From assembly GCA_001179505.1 (NCBI GenBank), contig CDMY01000802.1, positions 124,001-188,000 of the forward strand: a stretch of DNA of 64,000 nt. Reading direction: 5' to 3'. The position numbers were made by a program, and so were the translations under genes. Positions 12,601 to 24,532 of the stretch are shown here, in pieces. Numbering within the stretch: position 1 is the stretch's first letter; every line of letters starts with the position of its first letter. The DNA is from Vitrella brassicaformis CCMP3155 (Eukaryota; Protista; Chromerida). Under the pieces are notes generated by a model, which saw only the letters and a program-made list of their open reading frames with translations, was not told where the DNA came from and did not search any database.

Positions 12601-14544
12601 CACACCCACACACAACAGCGAGACACACACATCCATGCCATCCACAATGCAGGTGTATCACATGCCCTTTCGGGACCCCCGCAACAACTACCTGGACATG
12701 ATCCTCACCATGAGTACGCACATCCATCCATCCATCCATCCACAAACTCATGTCTCCCCCTTTGTGTGTGTGTGTGCAGTCACATTGTTCATCATTGTGG
12801 TGGGTGTGTTCTTCATCGACTCGCAAGACAGAAAGCCCGAGGCATACGCGATCGTGCTGACCGTCTCTGTCACGCTTCCGTGTTTGCCGTGCTGGTACGA
12901 ACTGATGATGGACGGATGTGATGTGTGGGGGCATATGGACAGGTAGTCATGCGGTCATGTGCTGTGTGTGCAGGTAACGATTGGCCTGTCTCTGTTTGAT
13001 GCCATTCGGCAGGACAAGCTCAACACGGCCGAGACCATGAGAGTCAGTCAGCACACATACGACAGAGAGACATCGAGAGAGAGAAAGCCGGATGAGAATA
13101 GCCACCTCCACGTACGTCTGTGTGTGTGTGTGTGTGTGTGTGTAGGCGTACCGTTTTGTGCGTGACATGAAGGTGATCGCCTCTCTCTTCAAGGAGGAGA
13201 GGCAAGAGGAGCTCCTCCACTTCTTTTACGATCTCACTTATAAGGAGAAAGCTACCATGGAAGTAAGCACGTGAGCACTGACTCATCTATCCATGTCGAT
13301 GTGTCTGTGCATCTCTATATCTCTCTCTCTTTGTCTGTCTGTCTGTGTGCAGGATTCTCTGTCTCTGCTGCACGGCGAGTTTTCTTTGCTCTACAAGGAG
13401 GCCAACGACGAGAGAAGAAACCTACTCAGACAAACCACCGAGTGGGCAAGCCACACGAACAGGCGAGGATCCACACCGGCATTTCTGTTTGTCTAATGGT
13501 GCAGGCCGTCTCACTTTCGCACGCTGCAGTCCCACATTCGCCACGCATACACACAGGGAATGGGTACCAACACATTCACCCTCAAACACACACATAGGTG
13601 TGGCTCTCCATCTCCCATCTCAGGCCGCGACACTCGGACCTTCAAGCGCTTCTCCGAGCTGTTCAGAAGGAAGAAAGACGATACTAACAGACAAACGAAA
13701 AAGTACAAAACGACACACACACACACACACACAGACAGCCAGGCGGCACACCACACGGACACATCCGTCTGTCTGTGTCTCTCTGTGAGTCAGCCAGCAT
13801 TCCTTTTTCCGCGTGCTGTGGGCGAGAAACACTCAGAGGCACCAGACATCGACCTCTCCACCACACAGCCAGGAGTCGATACAAGACCAGCAAAGCTCCA
13901 GCAAAAGAGCGCAATCGGACGGTATCGTACGCACAGAGACAGACACGCGACAAGCATCCGTTGTGTCGTGTGCGTTTAGGTGCGGCCCCCTCCCTCTCTG
14001 CTGGTGGTGAGTCGGTCAACAGCCGGTCGTCGCTGGCACCGGAGTCACAGGAGGCATCCTCGATCAGACAGAGACCGTCAAGTGGTATGTGCCTAATGGA
14101 TGAATAGGCACACACGGATGTCTGTGTGTGTGTGTGTGTGAGTGTGTATGTGTGCAGGTCGTTCGTCGATTCGTGTGCCGGTGCAGCAGCAGTCTGAGCC
14201 TCGCTCGAGCCAGCAAGAGGACACACTGCATGTGAAAAACGTGTGGGCAGACAGCTGACTGATTTGCTGAGTGCTCTGTGTGGCCTGGCCATGCGTGAAT
14301 GCGAGACGCATGTGTGCGCGTGTGAATGGGCTCGACGCTTGACTTGAACGAATGAATGCACAGCCGACATGGACACATGGAGTCCTCGCTTGTCCCCCTA
14401 CCCTTATATACACTGCAATGCATGTACACCACACACATCTCTTACCGACTGAAGCGGCGGGGAGGCTTCTCTGTAGTGGGTACCCGTCATGACGGCTGGC
14501 GAGACCTTGACGACGTTGCTGCGGGTGAGGCTGATGATGAGTGA
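1..14544 (+). CDS. Very large multi-exon cysteine-repeat modular (CRMP-like) membrane protein, 5'-incomplete. Order: fibrinogen-like and Ig-like domains, ShK-like Cys domain, about 6 Cys/Ig-like repeats, many GCC2_GCC3 (ephrin-receptor-like) repeats, a multi-pass TM region, cytosolic tail
   Basis: Exons with GT-AG borders give CVPCPRGEY, CTPGFYCPEG, CPVGFYK, CVSCPSGSYKQ (GCC2_GCC3 pattern), then LPLVLSGYW, CEPIGACPG, CAANREGLACGVCKRGY, then TM exons ending in YKFLLYRFTPDKYWWGVVILAR and YHMPFRDPRNNYLD. This juxtamembrane/TM signature is typical of CRMP-type proteins. The 3' end (ADDE*) is approximate. Confidence 0.8.
7374..7673. other. Assembly gap (300 N) flanked by poly-C, inside an intron of the CRMP-like gene
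   Basis: N run 7374-7673. Donor GT at 7363 and acceptor cacacag at about 7706 bracket it. Confidence 0.9.
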
Positions 14545-15024
14545 TGAGAGTGAGAGTGTGGACAACTGATGGGAGTATGTCATTGGGGGCTGTCGCGCTA
14601 AGCCGTGTACTTTTATGTGGACCACTGATGGGTGTCTACATAGGCTCTCGATTGATTGAAGTGAGAGACATCGAGAGAGCAATTACATCGAAAGTCAAGT
14701 CGAAAGTAAGAGGAAAGGATGAAGCGTTCAAGGATTGATCTGCATGCTGACGTTGTCAAAATCCTCACCATAGATCCACTGTTGTATTGTCGAGCTGAAA
14801 GCCATGCGATTGATACTCCTCATAGCACACACCGCACGTGGGCACTCCACCAGCAGCAGACGAGGCCGCCATCGTAACGCAGCCACCTGCAGCCAGTAAT
14901 TCACACATGCATCATTAACGATGAATCGCACATGGATGAATCCATTGGCAACCGAATGAGTGACGCTATGCTGTCTGACCTGTACAGTAGGATGGATACG
15001 CTCTCTCGGTGCATCTTTGGGTGC

Positions 15025-15351
15025 TTTCATGGCTCAGCTGCTTGTCCAAACGAAGGATGGCTCGACCCAACGTTCATTTTATGAAGGCTTGAACTTGAAA
15101 GTCACGACCGACAGCCAGCTATGGTACAGACACACAACACACCCATCACGACACGCAAGAAAAAAAGTCACTCACACGCAGAATGAAAGGAAAAAGATGG
15201 CACCACACACAGACATTATGCGCGACAACGCGGCGATGCGCCTCCTGCGGCACCGAGTGACACACACGCGCACACACGAAGACCACACGAGATAGATCGA
15301 TAAAAAACACTGCAAGAGGCACATACAGCCAGACACAGCTCTCTCCCTCAC
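15025..15351. repeat. Conserved TLDc 3'-flank/3'UTR repeat, copy 1 (others at about 24150-24532, 47810-48106 and 60255-60671 reverse complement)
   Basis: Shared strings such as cagccagctatggtacaga, accacacgagatagat and aaacactgcaag.ggcacatacagcca occur downstream of paralogues A, C, E and F. Confidence 0.85.
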
Positions 15352-16762
15352 TCACTGCCCCGCCACATGCAGCACCTCTATCTCGTCAGCCATGGAGTAC
15401 TTTGACCCACCTAACAGAGCATTGCCACCCTCATCCCTCTCTCCCGTGTAGCCCGCAGGCACATTCTCGCTGGGAGTGTACTGATAGCAGCTCGTGATCC
15501 CCGTCTCGGGGAACTCACCGAGACGGAGATGCACGAGGTGGTGGTGCACGAGGTATGACAGAGGTACACCCGCCTCAATGACAGCAGACGTATTCCCATA
15601 CTTCCTCCCCGCCACATCCACAATCTGCTGTCGTGTGATGTTCATCTTGGTCGGCTTGGGGAAGTGGCCGGCCAGTGAGAAAAACCACACATCACAGCAC
15701 ACATCACGCCTGGCCCACCAAGAAAGGGTCCAATACGGCAGAAGACGGGAACGGTCGTCAGGCAGCTGCAGGCCGGCATTGATGTACACGCCGAACAGAT
15801 ATGTGTCCTTCTTGATGATAATCGCCAGGCCGGTCCTGGTGCCCACACAGCCCAGGAGATCGTCAAGTGTGGTGCCGTCACGCGACGACCTGAGTCATAC
15901 ACACACATACACGTGTGCACCTACTGCTGCTAGTATTAGAATGTGTGCTCCGCCGCCTACCTGTAGACGGCAGTGAGTCGCTTGGCGCCCAGCCACTCAA
16001 ACAGGGCTGCATGCTGTTCACATGTGAGCAGCGAATCAGCCCATCCCTGCAAGTGTCATATGAACCACGGGGCAATACACGGCCAGTGTGACAAGGCAAA
16101 CGGACACGTGTACCACTTGCCTTCTCGATTGCCGCCTTGATGGCCGTGATGGCCGCCCGGTCGGCTGCGTTGCTCTCCTTCAGCGCCTGGCCCTCTGCCT
16201 CCTGCGATGCGACAGATGTTGCCAAGGTGCATACTGTCGGTGTGTGCGATGTGTGCTTCATACCTGTGTGTCGACTTTGGCTTGGAGCGTCTCTATCTGG
16301 GCTTCCTGCACCCACACACACAACACATCAATGTTGCAAGGAAACGACAGTGTCAAGTCCTCCAGCCAACACACCAGTGCAGCGACTTGATCTTTCAGCT
16401 GTCGATTCTGAACAAGAAGAGAGAAATGGCCACAGTCACATAGCAGACAAGTCTGGGTGCAAATGCATCACTCACCTCCTCTGAGGCTGCTCTGGCTGTC
16501 TCCTCAGCTTGCGCGATCTGGTCTCCCGCCTGCTCGAGCGTCATGATGCGCGGGGAGGACGGCGCAAGTCCCGGGCTGTATGGTGGAGGGGGTGCGATGG
16601 ACGGGTAGAGGTCGTTAAAATCGGGAGCAGTGGCAGGTGGCCCTTGCTCGGCAGGCGAGGGCTGCTCGAACCGGTGCATCAATTGATCACAACACACACA
16701 TGCTCGGCTGTGAATGATCCATTCGAATGAGCACTGACTCACCTGCTGCTCTGCCCTCCCAT
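15352..16762 (-). CDS. TLDc-domain protein, paralogue A (MGGQSS/PPxY N-terminus, short coiled coil). First 3' splice site is mutated, so it may be a variant or pseudogene
   Basis: Spliced C-terminus reads LGAKRLTAVYR|SSRDGTTLDDLLGCVG...LAIIIKKDTYLFGVYI...VWFFSLAGHF...MADEIEVLHVAGQ*, matching the TLDc consensus (LYRASRDG...FG.F...FSL...EVEV). Confidence 0.8.
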
Positions 16763-17088
16763 CTCTTCAGTGCACCGCCACATCAGATCTGCATTCAGTG
16801 CAACGACAATTCATCAAGTCAGTCGAGGTCGTCTGTTTGCTCCCTGCCGCCCTCACCTGGCCTCCTGCTGCCACGGATGAGACCAAACACGCCGCTCGTC
16901 CGCCACTGATTATTCGCAAACCCCCCGACCGCAACAAGTGATACGAATGCTCAGCTTCGGCTGCCTTCGAGATCTGCAATGGCAGTGAGCACGGCAGTGT
17001 CGCTGCACCCTCTCACGGACGAAAAAAGGAACCGGTTTGTGTCTCGTCTGCGAGCTTAGCTCGCCAATGAGGAGGATGAACCAGGAGA

Positions 17089-18856
17089 ATGAACGGATCA
17101 TCTGCAGCTGAACGGTCGGGATCTGACTACCGAGATGTCAGCTCATGCCGCCGTCGACAACTTGAAGAGATTGAGGTGAGTCACACACATGCAATGAATG
17201 AACGAAGCACACTACGCAATGATACAGTTGGCCATCCGCTGCACGTCTGTTCAGGTGCTGATGTCGATGTACCCTGGGCCGGATGAGCTGATCATCGACG
17301 AAGTGGCGTGTGAGCGACGCACACACCACTGCAATTGACTCGTGGACGATGCTCTGCCTCTATTGCATGTGTGTGTCTGTGTCTGCTGCTTCTCAGTGAC
17401 GAAGATCAAGAGTCAGGAGCAGAGCACCGACGACCTTCACTTCGCTGTCAGCTTCCTCGATGAAGACCTCAAGACAGAGGGCGAGAGCCCTCAGCTGTGC
17501 ATCACTCTGCCGCCGCTCTACCCAGTCAGCCTTCCTGAATCACTCTTCTCGCCACACAGCCGACTCACCTGTGTCGCTTGTGTCAGCACAAGAGCTTGCG
17601 GGCGGAGCTGCTGTCGTCTTACCTGCCCACACACAGATTGGCTGAGTGTGAGGAGGCCCTGAAGGAGAGGGCCAGGGAATGGGCCGAGAGAGGTGTCAGC
17701 AAGAGAGCGTTGCAAGCGAATAGGCACACCTGAGGCGTTGCTAATGATTGTTCTTGTAGGTGAGGAGTGCGTCGTCGACATTGTCCAGTCAGCCAAAGTA
17801 GGACAGCACGTTGGTCTGCGGCATCTGTGTGGCTCTTGTCCTTCTTCGCGTAGGATTCGCTGGCCGATTTGGTTGCCGAGCACCGCAGAGAGACCGAAGA
17901 GCTCGAGAATGCGCTGCAGGTACCACACATGGACTCACTCATGAGACTCACTGTGCTCATGTCTGTCTGTTTGTGTCTGTCTGTTGATGTGTCTGTGTGG
18001 GTGCGGCGTTTGTGCAGGCGGCACAGGCGGCGGCTGACGACGTGGCGGATGATGATGAGGAAGACGATATGAGCGATGATGCACTGGCAGAGGAGCTGCA
18101 GCTGCTGGAGCTACAGGCGTCTGCCGCCGCACGACCACCAGCCAAGCAGCAGCAGCAGTTGGGAAGGCGCGTGTGCTACAGCCACCACATCCGGGCAGAG
18201 ACCAAGAGGCGATACATCATCCAGTAAGCAACCGAAGCGGACGCCATCTCATGCTCGTGGATGGCTGAGTGGTGCCGATTGGTCAGGTGGGCGTTGGAGC
18301 TTCGGCTTGGCGGCTTCTCCAAGATCGGCTACCCTGGTGTGGTGATTGTGGAAGGGCCGGAGGAGGGCTGCATGGAGTACATCACGCGGCTGCAGAGGCT
18401 CAGGTGGAAGCACTTTGTGGTCCGTGGCGAAGAGATCATCGACGGTGAGCAAACGCATGAGCCGTCCTGTCATCTGCCAGAATCCTCTGTGTGTGTGTGT
18501 GTGTGTGTGTCAGTGCCCGCATCCAAGTGTCTGGACGACATGAGGCGGCTGCCCAGAGGCTTCGAAGTGAGATGCCATGCCCACCTGCACCACAGCCGCG
18601 AATTTATGTGTGTCTGTGCAGGAGTTGGGGCCGAAGGGGATGGGCAGGATGGCCGACGAGTGCCGCAAAGCAGGTACCGACCAAATGTGAGTGTGTGTGT
18701 GTTTTGCTGTGTGACTGGCTGGTTTGACTGACTGTAGGTTTGGGTGCGTTGTTTCTGACCTGCATGAAGATGTATCGCGACGAGAGTACTGGCAATGGTG
18801 ATCGTGGCAATGGCGATGAGACGGCAGCCAAGCCAGGGAGGAAGAAGGGCAAATGA
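17089..18856 (+). CDS. RWD domain + DUF1115 protein (RWDD2A/B-like)
   Basis: RRRQLEEIE|VLMSMYPGPDELIIDE and LCITLPPLYP (RWD); YSHHIRAETKRRYIIQ, WALELRLGGFSKIGYPGVVIVEG...YITRLQRLRWK, ECRKAG|LGALFLTCMK (DUF1115). Stop at 18854-18856. Confidence 0.85.
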
Positions 18857-19135
18857 CTGACGAGACAGATACGGACAGACAGACAGACAGCTGCATGTGA
18901 TGTCTGGTGTGTGAAACATGAATGACATGATGGAGGTCAGTACAGTGTGCAAGGCAGCAGGCAGGAGGTTGACACATCCAGGCACAGCACAGCCACCTGA
19001 CGTGCGCATCAGTGCAGGGAAACGAAGTCAATACATGCATGTGCCACTGGCCAGAATACGACCCTTACTATGGTACATCGATAAGAAAACACTCAAGTGT
19101 GACTGCGTGACTGCCATTAACCCTAGCTATCCACT

Positions 19136-20703
19136 TCACTCACTGCCCACCACTTGCAGCACCTCTATCTCATCCGCCATGAACTTCTTCGACCCACCCA
19201 ACAGAGCTTCGCCAAACTTATCCCTGTCCCCCATGTAGCCCGCAGGCACATTCTTGTTGTTGGTGTACTGATAGCAGCTGCGGATGTCGGCAGCAGGCCA
19301 GACACCGCCATCACCCAAATACAGATTCCCACTTATGTACACACTTGCACCACTCGCACTCCCCTCCCTCCCCGCCACGAACACCCACTGACCTCGGTCG
19401 ATCTTGATCTTGGTCGGCTTGTCGAAGTGGCCCACCAGTGAGAACCACCACACATCACAGTTACATCTGCGATAGCTGGTCGGGTCGTCAGGCGGCTGCA
19501 GGCCGGCGCTGATATACACGCCGAACACATATCGGCCCCTGCGGACGATGATCACCAGGCCGGTCTTGTCGCCCACACAGCGCAGCAAATCGCTATACGT
19601 GGTGCCGTCACCCGATGACCTGACATATACAGTGAGAAGCAGCGACATCAGGATACACACGTCGAGTGCATGTGTGACTGCCCACCTGTAGACCACACCA
19701 AGCGGCTTCTTCGCTCCCAGCCATCCATGCAGGGAAGCGTACTGCAGGACGGTGAGCGACATGTCAGGAAAGGTCACCTGGATGCAACATTGCAAGGAGG
19801 AAAGAGACAATAAGTCCAATGCATTGCGCACTAGCGTGGATCTCCTACACGCACCGGCATGGTGTGGATCGCATTGATTTCTGTGCGCAGGGCGCCCAGC
19901 TGTAGAGTCTGGACAACAGAGCTACCTGTGAGCTGAATGTTTGCCTCTCCGTCCTCCCTCATTCCTCACCTGATAGGCCGATAGGGCTGCCACTGCCGCG
20001 AGTGACACCACCACAACAAACTGCACACACATGACAGACGGCACAGTTCACACATTGCCCCCACATGTGTGCATTTCCCGCTTACCTGCATACTGCAGCC
20101 CAATGACGCTACGCTCGTGGCGCCATCAGCGTGCTCTTCCCCGTCCCCTTTGGCATCAGCGGAGTGCCGTGGAGTCTCGCCCGCAGCTGCCTCAGGCAGG
20201 TCGTGGTAGCCCATCTGCTCGTCAGTGCCGTCTTGATGTGGCTGCATCTGCCTCTCCCCCTCCCAGTCACCGGTCTCAGACAAGGCGGGACAACGATTGG
20301 CAGGGCCGATGGGGCTGCCAATCACGGCATGCGTGTCGTTCTGATCTGACTCGCTGGCCATCTCTCTCGCAGCTGGTGGCTCGACTGTCCTAAGGCTTCC
20401 GTTGATGAGGGCTGCCATGAGCAAGCCGAGAGCGATGCCGAGTATCAATCCGCATGAGAAGACGGCCGCGCACTGTTTTCTGGCCTTTCGTTCTGCATGA
20501 ATGAGCTGATCTGCCGCCTCCTCGAGTGTCATGACGCGCGGCGACAACGGGGAGCTCATGCAGCCGGGAATGGCCTCCGTCATCGATAATGGTGCTGATA
20601 GTGCTGTTTGGTCCTCTGCAGCTGACGTCCTGATCGCACCTGCAGCGAGATCCACATGCAGGACAACAGGACGTGCAATAGGTAACCGTGGCTGACTCAT
20701 CAT
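19136..20703 (-). CDS. TLDc-domain protein, paralogue B (two predicted TM helices, intact)
   Basis: Hydrophobic segments AAVFSCGLILGIALGLLMAALI and FVVVVSLAAVAALSAYQ; TLDc exon SSGDGTTYSDLLRCVGDKTGLV...FMADEIEVLQVVGSE*. I traced the spliced frame without stops; the start is approximate. Confidence 0.82.
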
Positions 20704-20880
20704 ATGCAATTCATCGACTTCACTGTGACTGTCTGTTTGACTCACTCTCGCTCGTCCTCCTTGTCACACAGAATCCGCAATCCCCGCGCGCATGCGTGCG
20801 CGCTTAGCCGTTACGGCCTCGTAAACTTTCCCATTTCGATGTGTGCAGTGTTTGAGGGAGTCGAGTGCTGGTGAACGAAT

Positions 20881-23584
20881 ATGGCGGGACTGAGGCCGGC
20901 GGTTGCTGCGTTGTTTCTTCTCCTGGTTGCGGCTGCGTCATTACGGTGTGGCGCAGAGGGTCCCGATGATGAGAAGGGGGAGGCGAGGCCAAAGAGCCCG
21001 CTCGGTGACATCGTGGATCTCCTCTTCCCACCGCTACATGCCGCTGGACAGGCGGCGGAAACGCTGCTGGAAACGGCGGGCAACATGCTCGGCGAAGGCT
21101 TCCTCACGCCGGAGGTGAGCGACTACATGATGGGACCATTTGACCCGCTCGAGGCCGCAGAGAGTCTGCAGGGCAAGCTGCAGGCGCTCACAAGGCTCGG
21201 ACTTGGTCCGTACAGACTGACACAAGGGCAGACAGACAGACAGACACGCAGGCAGGCAGGCAGACAAACGGTGCATGGGTGTTGGTCATTTGTTTGTTTG
21301 TTTGTGTGTTGTGTTGTGTCGTTCAGCTGAGTTCACCGACAGGGTGCCCCGTGCCTTCTGGGAGGATGTGTTCAGTATGCCCAGTGTGATGCTCGCCAAT
21401 ACCCTCGACGTCGAGATTTTTCAGTACTTCAAGGAAATCCCCACCCTCATGTGCCTCGCGCTGGTGGCGCCGCACATTCTCAGATACGAGCCACCAGTTC
21501 AGAACGCCCACGTCCTGATGCAGAATGTGGCCATCTTCCACGCCGTGGCGGCCTTCACTGACGATTGGCACGTCTTCTTTGGCCCGGACCGCCGCGCGCC
21601 CAAGTACATGAGGACCCACCACAACCGCCAGGAGGCTGGCGTCCATGCGTGTTACGAATTCTACAAGATCCTCATACCTCGAGCAGGTAAGCAAAAAACG
21701 AACACCACATCGATCGGTTGAGCGATTGAGTGAACGGCATGTGAATACAGCTGAGGCTTTCGCGCAAGTGATGCCGCTGCTGGGCTACAACCCGCTGAAC
21801 ACGGAGCCCGACGAGAACACGCCTGCAGGGATGGGTAACCTGGTGGCAAGGGAGAGTATAGAGTGGTTCAAGGATGACGGGTACAACAGAAACGGCACCA
21901 TGCTGCACGAGTACAATGGCCTGCCTTATGAGGACTGGACCGGCTACAAGCCTGTAAACGACCCACACGAGCTCGTGTATCCCACCTACTGGCAGCCACT
22001 CATTGAGGAACAGGTACACAAACACACAGGAGCTGCCCATCGGATGGATGTATGGCACCGCTCCAATCGATGCGTCTCTGTGCATGTCTCTCCCTCCCTA
22101 CACATAGGGGGTCGGCGGCTCGGGCGACCGCTATGGCTACAATGTGGTGCAGCAACACATCACCCCTCAGGCGGGCAGAGTGCGGCCCTTCTTCCTGACG
22201 CAGCAGCAGGTCGACAGCAGGAGGTCGCCCCCGATCTTCAACTGCGTGCAGGACACGCCACACAAGAGGGATCCGGGCCACCAGGGGGAACCGCCAGGGG
22301 GTGATGACACAAGCTGTGTGGATGTGCTCAAGGAGAGGGCCTGGAAGGTCATCGAAGAATCACTCGAGCTCGACGGTCGGTGGCCGGGCGGCGGATGTGA
22401 TTGACTCATGGAGGGGCAGACTGGCATGACTGACGCGTGTGTGTTGTCTTGTGTGTGTGGCGGTCTGTCAGAGAAAAAGAAGGCGATCGGAGAGTATTTT
22501 GATAATAAGGTGAGAGTAAGCGAAATATGTATACAGTATACAGTATACGTGAATCGTCTGTATATGGTCTTTGTGTCGGCCTGTCTGTCTGTCTGTCTGT
22601 TTTGCTCGCGCAGCTGCTTTCCCTCGGCACGATACTCACCCAGCTCATCAAGGTGAGCACAGCACACCAAGCAAATCATTCTACGTGTCGGTGTTGTATG
22701 TGTGTCACGTCTGTCAGCCGTTGGACATGACCTTTGAAGAGTTCACAGTCATCGACTTGGGCTACACCGGGCTGCTGCACGACGCCACCATTGTGGCCTG
22801 GAAGGAGAAGATCTTCCACGAAGCCGTCAGGCCGCAGTCCTTCATCCAGCACTTCTTTCACGATGAAATGTACAACGTTCCCACACGTGGATGGATGGAC
22901 AGACAAACATGTCTAGACGCCTGTGTGTGTTTGTGTTGTGGTTTCTGTGTGTCAGGTTCCATGCGTATGTGCCAAAGGAGGGCGTCAAGCCGATCATGGG
23001 CAGGGACTGGAAGCCGTATTTGAGGACAATGCCACACACAGGTGCGATCGATCGGTGCCGCAAGGTGTGCAACTTTCCCCTTATGGATGTCTCTGTGTCT
23101 CCCTTGGCTCGATCGCCATCAATTCATCACTCCATCAGAGTATCCGTCCGGCTCAACGTGTTTCTGCCGCGAGACAATGGAGTTCGCAAAGATCGCATTT
23201 GACGGCTTCGACATCAACGGCAAGCTGAGGGCATATTTCCCCAAGGGGTCATCCCTCGTCGAGACAGGCATGTCGCCAACGACAGACCTGATCGTCGAGT
23301 GAGTAACCACACACACACTAACATGCAGCTAAATGACACATAAAATGGATGGATGGATGGATGCATCTGCCTTCAGGTGGGAGTCGTTTGACCAGATAGC
23401 GGCTGTGTGTGCCAAGAGCCGCGTGTGGACTGGCGTGCACTTCGAGCCCGCCATTGACCCACAGCTTGGCGGCAAGCTGTGTGACGGCATCGGCGCGATC
23501 GTCTTTGAGCGCATAAAGGAGCACAGCGGCAACACTCTCGACTTCAAGGACAGGCAGGGCGGGAGCAAGAAATATGCTGACTGA
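20881..23584 (+). CDS. Secreted vanadium-dependent haloperoxidase / PAP2-superfamily protein (DUF6851-type)
   Basis: Signal peptide MAGLRPAVAALFLLLVAAASLRCGA. Motifs WKEKIFHEAVRP (K-x6-RP), MPHT|EYPSGSTCFC (joined across an intron ending at 23138) and SRVWTGVHF (R-x5-H). N-domain contains YEDWTGYKPVN and YWQPL. Confidence 0.85.
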
Positions 23585-24532
23585 CTGACTGACTCTGGCC
23601 GGCACCCACACATCACAATCAATGATGTGTGTGGGTGTCTGATGTTTTGGTTCGTTTAACGTGGCGAGGTGTGGTTGAGAAATGAGAGGCGGGCCCGGGG
23701 AGACGAAACGCGGTCAGGGGGGTTGCATGGAGGGCCAGTGGCTTGTAGAAATAGGGCACAACTGAACTCATGTACAGTGAGTGCGTGCATTTCTGCCGGC
23801 GGGTGTCTCGCTCTCTCTCTCTGTGTACGTGGGGGGTTTTGGCCGATTGCTTTCCATTTTTGGGCCCTGCTGACTTGAACAATTGATGAGTCTTAAACAA
23901 ACAAACGCGCGTCCGTTGGAACTGAGACACGTTGTTATCGATTCGTATGTGTGAATCATGATGGTATTGATAGATGCCTCTTACTAAAGCCATGTCCAGT
24001 GCCTTCTCATTTAGAGAAAGGTCTGCTGACTGATTCGCTCACTGACATTCTGACCTCATCGCCACATAGGCGAGCAGAGCCGCTTCTGTATGAGGTCGCT
24101 TGAATCGTGGCGTTGGTTTGAGGTGGCCCGAATGTGTGGCTGATGTATTTATGGCTCAGGTGCCTTTCCCACTTCAGTCAGTCATGCCTGCATGCCTGGC
24201 TGACTCAAACCGAGCGATGATTCAAAAAGTGGTATAACCATCATTCTGACAGCCTGCTGTGGTACAGACAAACGACACAACACACCCATCACGACACGCA
24301 GAAATAAAAAGCACACACACACACCAGCACGTGTTGAAAGAATGACAGGAAAAAGGTGCATGTGTGATGCCTACACAACGACACTACAGAAGGACACCAC
24401 ACACACGCATTATGTGCGACACCTCGGCGATGCGCCTCCTAGTGAGACACACACGCACACACGAAGACCACACGAGATAGATAAAAAACACTGCAAGCGG
24501 CACATACAGCCACACACAACTCTCTCCCTCAC

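Noticed and set aside
14728-15030. 100-aa minus-strand ORF (…IQQWIYGEDFDNVSMQINP)
   Set aside because: I recognised no motif or supporting exon structure, so it cannot be called a gene.
20785-20803. GCGCATGCG near-palindrome in the TLDc-B/haloperoxidase promoter
   Set aside because: It is a single occurrence in GC/TG-rich DNA and cannot be distinguished from chance.
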